DNA of 32,000 nucleotides, taken from an uncultured Verrucomicrobiota bacterium. Its GTDB lineage: Bacteria > Verrucomicrobiota > Kiritimatiellia > CAIVKH01. The position numbers were made by a program, and so were the translations under genes. Numbering within the stretch: position 1 is the first letter of the stretch; each line of letters opens with the position of its first letter. The notes beneath the pieces are model-generated. The model did no database searches, was not told the DNA's origin, and worked only from the letters and a program-made list of their open reading frames with translations. The stretch is taken from assembly GCA_937996795.1 (NCBI GenBank), contig CALKUH010000012.1:84144-116143 (forward strand). Reading direction: 5' to 3'. Of the stretch, positions 25,534 through 32,000 are shown one piece after another.

Positions 25534-27345
25534 ATGCTGGAAAAAGATAACCCATTACCCACAAGGGAGGCGATATGGGTCCTCCTCGTCGGCGTCGGGG
25601 TCCGCGCTTCGTTTTATTTTATGGGCCCGGCTTGGGATCCGCTGTTCGGGTGGCCCACAAATGATGAGGGCTATTATTTGCGGAACGCCGTCCGGATGGC
25701 TGAAGCCCTGATTGCCTCAGACACATGGCAGCTCCCGTTTTGGCTGCCGCCGGGATGCACCCTGATTTATGCGGGGTTGATCACGCTGGGCTTTACTGTA
25801 AAGGGCATGATCCTCCTACAGCACGCCATCGGCTTGCTTAATACGCTACTCGTGTTCGTCATTGGGCGCACGATGTTTCCGTCGGCTGCGCCATGGAGGG
25901 CGGCAGGCGCAGCCCTCCTGTTCACGCTCTGTCCGCCGGTGCTGTACTACGAAACCAAACTCCTAAAACCGGTCTGGTCCCTTCTTTTTCTTCTCGGCGC
26001 ATTGTGGCTGCTGGCACGAGGGCCGACGCGATCCCGCAGCGCGGGCTCGGGACTGCTGCTTGCGGCGCTCACCCTGGTGGAGAGTTCCTTTGTGCTGTTC
26101 GTGCCGATTTGGGCGTGGCGCATGCGCCGGCACGCGACGGCGCTGCTCGTGGTGTATGCCGCCTGCCTGGCACCCGTGATTTGGGCGAACTCGCGCGCGG
26201 CGGAGCGGCCGATGTTCGTTTCGGCCAACGGCGGTATCAACTTATTCCTGGGGAACAACCCCGCGTGGATTGACACCTTCAACATGATTCCGGGCTGGCG
26301 CTGGTCGGCCTTGGTGAATAAGTACGAGGTGCCATCGCATGAAGCCTCGCCGCGTTTTGCGCGGGAAGTGCTCACATATGTCCAGGAAGACCCCGTCGGA
26401 TTCGCCAGTGGGATCGGCGCAAAAACAGTCCTGACCCTGTCCAGCGGCGAATTGCCGCGCGACAACGGCATCCCCTGTCCCGCCGCGTTGCTCCCGTGGT
26501 CGCACGCACTGAACGCCCTCGCGGTGGCGGGCCTTGCCCTGCTCGCGTGGCGCGCCGGCGACCGCGCCTCCCGCACGCTCCTGATGCTCGGCCTGCTGGT
26601 GGTGGCCATCAATGTGGTGTTCTTCCCCACCTCGCGCTACAGATTGCCGTTGCTGCCCCTCGCATTTGTCGGGCTGTTGCACGCTCCCTGGAACCGCACA
26701 ACCGGCGTGATCGTCCTGCTGTCCGCGGCCGGCAGCTTCGCCGCCAATATCCCGGCGGCACGCTGGGTGAAACATGAGGATTGGGCGGCGTTCCAGGAAA
26801 AAGAAACCGGATTGCGCCTCATGGCCCAAGGGCGGCACGAGGAAGCCGGCGGGCGATTTGAAGCGTCGGTCGCGAGAACTCAATTGCTGGAAAATATCCA
26901 CATCCTGGCCCACTACCGCCACGACGTGCAGGGCGATTCCGAGGCCGCGCTCAACCTTTTTCGCGACTGCATCCGGATCGAACCCAAATGCCCCGAGCCG
27001 TATTTCTTCGCCGCCATGATCTTGCTCAAAAAAGGTCGCGCCACCGACACGATCGATTTGCTGGACCGCTACCTTGACGCGCGCCATGCGCGGGCCTACG
27101 GCAACGAGGTGGATCCCGAGACACTGGTGGCCGCCCTGTTCCATCGCGCCATGCTGACCGGCCCTTCGAATTCCGCATTTTTTGAACCGGGCCAACTCGG
27201 CAAGCTGCGCCGGCACATTGCCTCTCGCACCGCCCCCCCCCCTGCTCGCGAGGAACTTTTGCACCGTCTGGACGAAATTGAAAAGCGGATGCCGCGCGCG
27301 CCAGGGACGACAAGCCAAGCACAACACCCGCCGGTCGCGGAATAG
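25534..27345 (+). CDS. GT-C fold membrane glycosyltransferase (GT39/GT83, ArnT/PMT-like) with C-terminal TPR domain
   Basis: 603-aa ORF. It has about 10 TM segments, a first-loop acidic motif WPTNDEGYYLRNA (DE..Y of ArnT/PMT-type enzymes) and a TPR-like tail (GRHEEAGGRFEASV..., ALNLFRDCIRIEPKCPEPYFFAAMILLKKGR). The antisense ORF 26242..27471 is rejected. Confidence 0.75.
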   Translation: MLEKDNPLPTREAIWVLLVGVGVRASFYFMGPAWDPLFGWPTNDEGYYLRNAVRMAEALIASDTWQLPFWLPPGCTLIYAGLITLGFTVKGMILLQHAIGLLNTLLVFVIGRTMFPSAAPWRAAGAALLFTLCPPVLYYETKLLKPVWSLLFLLGALWLLARGPTRSRSAGSGLLLAALTLVESSFVLFVPIWAWRMRRHATALLVVYAACLAPVIWANSRAAERPMFVSANGGINLFLGNNPAWIDTFNMIPGWRWSALVNKYEVPSHEASPRFAREVLTYVQEDPVGFASGIGAKTVLTLSSGELPRDNGIPCPAALLPWSHALNALAVAGLALLAWRAGDRASRTLLMLGLLVVAINVVFFPTSRYRLPLLPLAFVGLLHAPWNRTTGVIVLLSAAGSFAANIPAARWVKHEDWAAFQEKETGLRLMAQGRHEEAGGRFEASVARTQLLENIHILAHYRHDVQGDSEAALNLFRDCIRIEPKCPEPYFFAAMILLKKGRATDTIDLLDRYLDARHARAYGNEVDPETLVAALFHRAMLTGPSNSAFFEPGQLGKLRRHIASRTAPPPAREELLHRLDEIEKRMPRAPGTTSQAQHPPVAE

Positions 27346-27453
27346 AGCCGTTCCCACGTTGCACAGAAGGCCGGGCTGGATTCCAGTTTCCGGTCGGGAT
27401 ATCGTAGCAGGGTCCTGCGCTTGAGGCATCCGATTCAGGAGGAGGCGGACGGA

Positions 27454-28128
27454 ATGAAATTCACTGCTCACGCGTTGATTGCACTGGCTCTAGTCGCGGG
27501 GTCAAGTGCGATCACCAGATGGTTAACCCTGAGGGCAAACCCACAGCAGCCGGCCCCCATAACGTTTGCGACAGAAACCGATTCAAGAGACTCGGAGATT
27601 ATTCAGCTGCGAAAAGAGGCGGATTCCTTGCGACGCCAGTTAAACCAGCTTCAACGAGATCGCCCATCAAACACCGTTGCGCCTTCGCCCAAAGAAATTT
27701 CGCAACCCACCCCCAGCCCGTCCGAAGATACTGCCCACGCGCGCCAACAAGCCCTGCTGCTCGAGTTTGACCGGAACATGGATCGGGAATTCGCGAGACT
27801 CGAAATCTGTTTGCGGAATACAGACACTAGGGAACAAACCATCGTCACCAATCTCATGAGCAGCCTGAAGGCGCTCGACGCTGCATGGATCAAAGTGGAC
27901 TCAGCGCAGGATGAGGCGACGCGCACGAAGGGTCGCCAGGAAGCGCAGCAGATCATGGGCAGCGTCATCGCCCTCGGGGCCGCGCACCGAAACTACCGTT
28001 TGGGCGAGATCGCCCGCCGCTACGGCATCACCGACGATGCGACCATCGTCGCCTTCACGCGCGACACCGAGGCTGCCATGCGAGAGACCCATTTCGACTG
28101 GAGTAAAATTTTCAATCGTGGACAGTGA
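27454..28128 (+). CDS. Hypothetical exported or membrane-anchored coiled-coil protein
   Basis: The track ORF starts at TTG 27421. ATG 27454 (MKFTAHALIALALVAGSSA) follows AGGAGGAGG. The protein has a heptad-like segment (EIIQLRKEADSLRRQLNQLQRD), a Pro/Ser linker and an alpha-helical C-terminal half. No family was recognised. Confidence 0.65.
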   Translation: MKFTAHALIALALVAGSSAITRWLTLRANPQQPAPITFATETDSRDSEIIQLRKEADSLRRQLNQLQRDRPSNTVAPSPKEISQPTPSPSEDTAHARQQALLLEFDRNMDREFARLEICLRNTDTREQTIVTNLMSSLKALDAAWIKVDSAQDEATRTKGRQEAQQIMGSVIALGAAHRNYRLGEIARRYGITDDATIVAFTRDTEAAMRETHFDWSKIFNRGQ

Positions 28129-28204
28129 GGCAGCTGGGACGCCGTTCGTTTTGATCCGGCTTGGATTGACGCCAAATGGTCCCTTTCGCGGGTCGGAGCA
28201 CTGC

Positions 28205-28897
28205 TCACGGCGTCCGGTTGATTTCCGGGAAAGGAACCTGATCAACAAGCGCGTCATTCACCTGCTGGGGCTTTTCTTTCAGCAATAAATCCGCTAGGTC
28301 GTTCACAGCTTGGGTACGCCTGTCCATCGCCAAGCGATCTCGCATCTGATCCAGAACATGCGGCGGAACATTGGAAACATCGCCGCTGCGCCCCATGCGA
28401 GCCAGTTCTTCCTGCGCGAAGGCGTCAACCTCCTCGTCGGTCACCGAAAACATGTCGCGACCTAGTCCGCGGGATGCAAGATAAGCCTCCACAAGCATTT
28501 CCACCTCGGTCATGGCGAGTTGATATTCCATGAAAGCCTTCTTGGTCTCAACACGCGAGGCAATTGCGCGTTTCAGATCGGCGTCTTCAGCCACCTCCGA
28601 AGCCCGCGCTTCTACATACAACACCATGCGGCGCATGAACTGGCGAAAGACCTCTCGCCGGACCTCAGGTCCCTCCCCATATCGAAAGAACGACGAGCGA
28701 AACTCGTGCAAGAACCACGGGTACGGAACCTCCACACCCGCGATGTCTGCCACCACGTTGGTGCGTCCTGATAAATCTCCTGAAGATCGAATGTCGGCCA
28801 CCGCGGCGCCACTGACACTGGAATCCGAATCCTGCCCGAGAGCAGCAGATAGCCCGCAGCCGAGCAGCATCGCACACAACAATCTTAACGCCCTCAT
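28205..28897 (-). CDS. Lipoprotein with possible SurA-N-terminal-like chaperone domain (no PPIase domain)
   Basis: 230-aa ORF. MRALRLLCAMLLGCG has a lipobox (LLGC), and AGGAGGAG lies upstream of the ATG. The helical body (FMRRMVLYVEARASEVAEDADLKRAIASRVETKKAFMEYQLAMTEVEMLVEAYL) resembles the SurA/PpiD N-terminal domain; the functional call is weak. Confidence 0.55.
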   Translation of the reverse strand: MRALRLLCAMLLGCGLSAALGQDSDSSVSGAAVADIRSSGDLSGRTNVVADIAGVEVPYPWFLHEFRSSFFRYGEGPEVRREVFRQFMRRMVLYVEARASEVAEDADLKRAIASRVETKKAFMEYQLAMTEVEMLVEAYLASRGLGRDMFSVTDEEVDAFAQEELARMGRSGDVSNVPPHVLDQMRDRLAMDRRTQAVNDLADLLLKEKPQQVNDALVDQVPFPEINRTP

Positions 28898-28924
28898 ACA
28901 AACTCCTCCTGGTCGTCCGCGCGA

Positions 28925-28959
28925 TAAAAGGAAGAGGGCGGGAACACCCGCCCCCTTCC
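28925..28959 (-). terminator. Rho-independent terminator of the CBM21-like gene
   Basis: The minus-strand RNA reads GGAAGGGGGCGGG-UGUU-CCCGCCCUCUUCC-UUUUAU. This is a 13-position stem with one mismatch, 16 nt beyond the stop codon. Confidence 0.7.
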
Positions 28960-28974
28960 CTCAACATCACCCGC

Positions 28975-29463
28975 TCAATTGCACCACTGCGATCCCTGCC
29001 CGCACGAATCATTGAACGAATCCACATGGTCGCATCCACCGCCAACCTGTACAGAGTAGTTCCAGCCGTTGTTGTTATCCCAGTACCGCGTCCCGCCCGC
29101 ATCCACATAAAGCGCGTAGTAGAAGGTCGTGCTGCCAGGATTCGGATTATTGTCCGCGCCATATAGCATCGTGAACCAGCGCTCATCCCAGTTCCCGTAC
29201 GGGCCCTGCTGATTGTAGCACCAAGCGCCCGTGGACCAGTTCACCGTGTTCCAGCCGTCTTCAGTCCAAACAGAGCCCGTGGAATGACCCGAAGCAACCG
29301 GCCACACACCAAACTCTACTTTGCCCCAAGCCATTGCCGCGCAGTTGCCATACACACCCTGTTGGCGAGCAAAATGGCATATCTTCCAGATTGTTTCTGC
29401 TTGAGCCAAATTTGACATCGCAATCAAGCCGGCACACGCTAACACCGCTATTTTGTTTTTCAT
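28975..29463 (-). CDS. Small secreted Cys-rich protein consisting of a CBM21/CBM53-type starch/glycogen-binding module
   Basis: The track ORF starts at 29574. Met at 29463 gives the signal peptide MKNKIAVLACAGLIAMSNLAQA. The mature ~140 aa contains VWTEDGWNTVNWSTGAW...WDERWFTMLYG...TTFYYALYVDAGGTRYWDNNNGWNYSV, and WDNNxGxNY is the hallmark C-terminal motif of CBM21/CBM53 starch-binding modules. The mature part has six Cys. Confidence 0.7.
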   Translation of the reverse strand: MKNKIAVLACAGLIAMSNLAQAETIWKICHFARQQGVYGNCAAMAWGKVEFGVWPVASGHSTGSVWTEDGWNTVNWSTGAWCYNQQGPYGNWDERWFTMLYGADNNPNPGSTTFYYALYVDAGGTRYWDNNNGWNYSVQVGGGCDHVDSFNDSCGQGSQWCN

Positions 29464-29873
29464 GTTATCCCCACTTTTTACTTTGCCTGCACCCTTCCGC
29501 AGCCACACGGCCGTCGGAACCGCGATCAATGGCGCGGCCCATAGTTTTTGCCACGCCGAGAACGGCGATATCATCTGTATTGAGACTAAATCGTTCAGTC
29601 AACATCAATATGACCGAACCCGCGACGACAATTTAGCCCGTAAGCGCCGCGCATTTATGTACGGCGCAAGTTTTGAAACATATCCGATGGCTCTCTCCCC
29701 CGGGCGGAACTAGAGCGCCAATGCGGTGAGACCACACAGAACGGGGCTCACACATGGCACGCACAGGTCGTCGCCCAAACCACTCAACTATGACTCAACC
29801 CGCACAACGCCCAATAGGGCTTCAGACATCACCGACACTCGACAAGATGCTGGATTCCCTCTATACGCATCGC

Positions 29874-30506
29874 ATGGACGCTGTTGTTGAGATCCGGCAC
29901 CCCCTCGTTCAACACCACCTTTACCGGCTGCGCGACGCCAACACGCCTTCCGCTGAATTTCGACGCCTCACCCGCCGCCTCTCCATCCTGCTGGCCTATG
30001 AGGCCACCAAGGATCTGGATCTGACGGAAACGTCCGTCAAAACGCCACTTACAACAACCACGGCCCGCGTGCTGGCCCAGCGGATCGGGCTTGTTCCCAT
30101 CCTGCGCGCGGGGTTGGGCATGGTGGACCCGGTGTTGGAGTTGATTCCCGACGCGGAGGTCTGGCACCTCGGGTTCTACCGGGACGAAAAGACGCTGCGC
30201 CCGGTGGAGTACTACAAGAAGCTGCCGGCGGACAGCGCGGTGGACGTCGCTCTCGTACTCGACCCGATGCTCGCGACCGGCGGCTCCGCCGTCGCCGCGC
30301 TGGAAGCCGTCCATAGCTGGGGCGCCCGCAAAACGAAACTGCTCTCCATGATCGCCGCCCCCGAGGGCCTGCGCGTCGTCCGCAAGGCGTTTCCCGATAC
30401 GCAGATCTACGTCTGCGCCATCGATGACCACCTCAACGATCACGGCTACATCGTCCCCGGCCTCGGCGACGCCGGCGACCGCACGTTCAACGCGCGCGCG
30501 GTGTAG
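29874..30506 (+). CDS. upp: Uracil phosphoribosyltransferase
   Basis: The track ORF starts at 29754, but the Met at 29874 (MDAVVEIRHPLVQHHL) gives the usual ~210-aa length. Motifs are VPILRAGLGM, VLDPMLATGGSA (PRPP loop) and YIVPGLGDAGDRTF. Confidence 0.9.
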   Translation: MDAVVEIRHPLVQHHLYRLRDANTPSAEFRRLTRRLSILLAYEATKDLDLTETSVKTPLTTTTARVLAQRIGLVPILRAGLGMVDPVLELIPDAEVWHLGFYRDEKTLRPVEYYKKLPADSAVDVALVLDPMLATGGSAVAALEAVHSWGARKTKLLSMIAAPEGLRVVRKAFPDTQIYVCAIDDHLNDHGYIVPGLGDAGDRTFNARAV

Positions 30507-30547
30507 AGCGGATTCTTAACCACAAAGACACGGAGAAGACCTGCGCT

Positions 30548-30574
30548 TCGTCGTCGTCCTCGTCGTCGTCCTCG
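30548..30574. repeat. Intergenic tandem 12-mer (tcgtcgtcgtcc x2, plus tcg)
   Basis: Read directly between upp and the SGNH gene. There are only two copies. Confidence 0.6.
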
Positions 30575-30595
30575 AAACCGACTATCCTCCCCCGC

Positions 30596-32000
30596 ATGTC
30601 CCCGGCCCGTTCAATCCTGCGCAAGCGATGGCTCCTGCCGCTGCTGGTCCTGGCCCTCGTGCCGCTCGCGGAACTTTCGCTGCGCGCCCTCGGGGTTGGC
30701 CAGCCACGCACACCGTTCCTTAAGGAGGACGGATTCGTCCGCGACAATCCGTACTTCGGGCTGCTCGCGTTCCCACGCCAGCTCGCGCGGCACGCGCCGC
30801 ACTTCCGCATCGCGCCGGACGCCGACACGTTCCGCGTCGTCGTGCTGGGCGAGTCCGCCGCGATGGGCGACCCGGCGCCCGCGTTCGGCCTCGCGCGCCA
30901 GCTCGAGGTCCAACTCGCCGCGCGCCTCACCAACGAACCCGTCGAGGTCATCAACGCCGCGATGACGGCGATCAACTCGCACCTTGTCCGCCGCATCGCC
31001 GACGACCTGCCGCTGCTGCGGCCCGATGTGGTCGTGCTCTACATGGGCAACAACGAGGTGCTCGGCCCGTTCGGTCCGGGCAGCCTGTTCGGCCGGCCCG
31101 CGCCGGCGTGGTGGGTCCGCCTCCAGCTCCGCGCGCGCGGCACACGGATCGGCCAGACGCTCATTCGCGCCGCCGATCGCATGAGCGGACGCGAATCGTC
31201 CGCGCGCCGCTGGCACGGGCTCGGCCTGTTCGACGAGCGCCGATTCGGGGAGAACGACCCCACGCTGCGCGGCGTGTACCGGAACTTCGACCAAAACCTG
31301 CGCGCGATCCTTCGCGCGGCGGACGCGGCGGGGGCCCGCGTCGTGCTCAGCACCGTCGCGGTGAACGAGACGATGGCGCCGTTCGCCGGCGACAGCGCCA
31401 ACGCACAGTGGCGGCAGGCGCGCGCACTCGCGCAACAGGGCAGCAACGACGCGCGCGCGGCCTATCGCCGGGCCGTGGACCTCGACACGCTGCGGTTCCG
31501 CGCCGACGCGCGCATCAACGACCTGATCCGCGCCGCCGCCGCGGATACAGGCGCGCAGCTGGTTGAATCGGACCGCATCCTCGGCGCGGACGCGCGGGCC
31601 TTCGTCGACCACGTCCACCTTTCCTTCGCGGGCAATCACCGGCTCGCCGCGCAAATCGCCCACGCCATCGCCCCCGGCGCGTCGGTGGACGAAGCCGGCA
31701 TGGCGCGCCAGCTCGGCTACACGCCGATGGACGAGGCGCGGATGCTCCAGCAAATCGCCGCGCGGATGGCGAGCCGCCCCTACACGGAGCAAGCCGACCA
31801 CGCGGAACGCCTGCGCGGCATCGACGAGCGGCTGCGCGTGCTCGCCGGACAACCGGACCTGCGAAGCGAACACCGGGACCGCATCGCCACCGCGCATGCC
31901 GCGCGGCCCGCCGATGTGGAACTCGCGTTGCGCCGGGGCCAGTGGCTGGAGGAACAGCAGCGCACGGCGGACGCCGCGACGGTCTATCGCGGCGTGCTCG
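30596..32000 (+). CDS. SGNH/GDSL-type hydrolase with a helical (TPR-like) C-terminal extension, truncated by window edge
   Basis: Absent from the ORF track because it has no in-window stop. Manual translation from ATG 30596 gives 468 uninterrupted codons: MSPARSILRKRWLLPLLVLALVPLAEL (signal/anchor), FRVVVLGESAAMG (block I, Ser nucleophile), VVLYMGNNEV (block III), FVDHVHLS (block V, DxxH). The minus-strand ORF 30611..31897 is an antisense shadow. Confidence 0.75.
   Translation, partial: MSPARSILRKRWLLPLLVLALVPLAELSLRALGVGQPRTPFLKEDGFVRDNPYFGLLAFPRQLARHAPHFRIAPDADTFRVVVLGESAAMGDPAPAFGLARQLEVQLAARLTNEPVEVINAAMTAINSHLVRRIADDLPLLRPDVVVLYMGNNEVLGPFGPGSLFGRPAPAWWVRLQLRARGTRIGQTLIRAADRMSGRESSARRWHGLGLFDERRFGENDPTLRGVYRNFDQNLRAILRAADAAGARVVLSTVAVNETMAPFAGDSANAQWRQARALAQQGSNDARAAYRRAVDLDTLRFRADARINDLIRAAAADTGAQLVESDRILGADARAFVDHVHLSFAGNHRLAAQIAHAIAPGASVDEAGMARQLGYTPMDEARMLQQIAARMASRPYTEQADHAERLRGIDERLRVLAGQPDLRSEHRDRIATAHAARPADVELALRRGQWLEEQQRTADAATVYRGVL

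Noticed and set aside
26242-27471. 409-aa minus-strand ORF opposite the GT-C/TPR gene, and 25947..26630 (227 aa)
   Set aside because: The + strand product has coherent TM helices plus TPR repeats. The antisense products are Arg/Gly/Gln-rich without features.
27454-29463. The cluster of three small genes considered as a toxin-antitoxin or defence module
   Set aside because: All three carry a signal peptide or lipobox. No nuclease, ATPase, HEPN, PIN or similar motifs were found. One is clearly a carbohydrate-binding module.
29334-29713. + strand ORFs 29334..29636 (100 aa) and 29453..29713 (86 aa) in the AT-rich region
   Set aside because: They overlap the 5' end of the CBM21-like gene in antisense. 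They have no Shine-Dalgarno and low-complexity composition, and are probably non-coding.
30487-30996. Minus-strand ORF encoding an acidic EDDDEDDDE stretch over the 12-mer tandem repeat; the repeat was also considered as a mini-array
   Set aside because: There are only two repeat copies with no spacers, so it is not CRISPR-like. The ORF overlaps the upp 3' end and the SGNH gene 5' end in antisense.
30611-31897. 428-aa minus-strand ORF at the right end
   Set aside because: The open-ended + strand frame from 30596 shows SGNH blocks I, III and V and a signal/anchor. The minus ORF is a shadow.

Overview
High-GC bacterial chromosomal window with no rRNA, tRNA, CRISPR array, transposase, integrase or phage gene seen. 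The phylum is tentative: PVC-like, possibly Verrucomicrobiota or Kiritimatiellota, judged from RNase HIII, TPR-fused envelope enzymes and a giant TSP3-repeat protein. About 21 genes are supported. (1) Positions 1-10795 hold nine co-directional minus-strand envelope-glycan genes that look like one operon: secreted protein, outer-membrane beta-barrel, Wzc-type tyrosine autokinase, short Wza-type export lipoprotein, O-antigen-ligase/Wzy_C-TPR protein, lpxK, GT9 heptosyltransferase, GT2, and a Kdo/WaaP-family LPS kinase that runs off the left edge. (2) Housekeeping genes follow: rnhC, an FAH-family hydrolase, HU and DJ-1/PfpI. (3) A membrane-anchored PA14-like protein lies divergent from a WbaP-type initiating phosphoglycosyl transferase. 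(4) An 8.66-kb gene encodes a 2887-aa secreted protein with an intact GH13 alpha-amylase domain, about 900 aa of unassigned sequence, thrombospondin-type-3 calcium-binding repeats, and a GH57-like module whose acid/base Asp appears replaced by Asn. (5) A lower-GC block at about 25.4-29.9 kb holds a GT-C (GT39/83-like)-TPR glycosyltransferase, two orphan exported proteins and a small secreted Cys-rich CBM21/53-type starch-binding module with its own terminator. (6) upp and an SGNH/GDSL hydrolase run off the right edge. The two edge genes are missing from the ORF track and were translated by hand. Many long ORFs in the track, including a 2068-aa one, are antisense shadows of real genes. The most interesting items are the GH13/GH57-like giant protein, the standalone CBM21-like protein, and the short OPX + beta-barrel + BY-kinase export set fused to lipid A/core genes. 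All family calls are by-eye motif recognition, not database searches.
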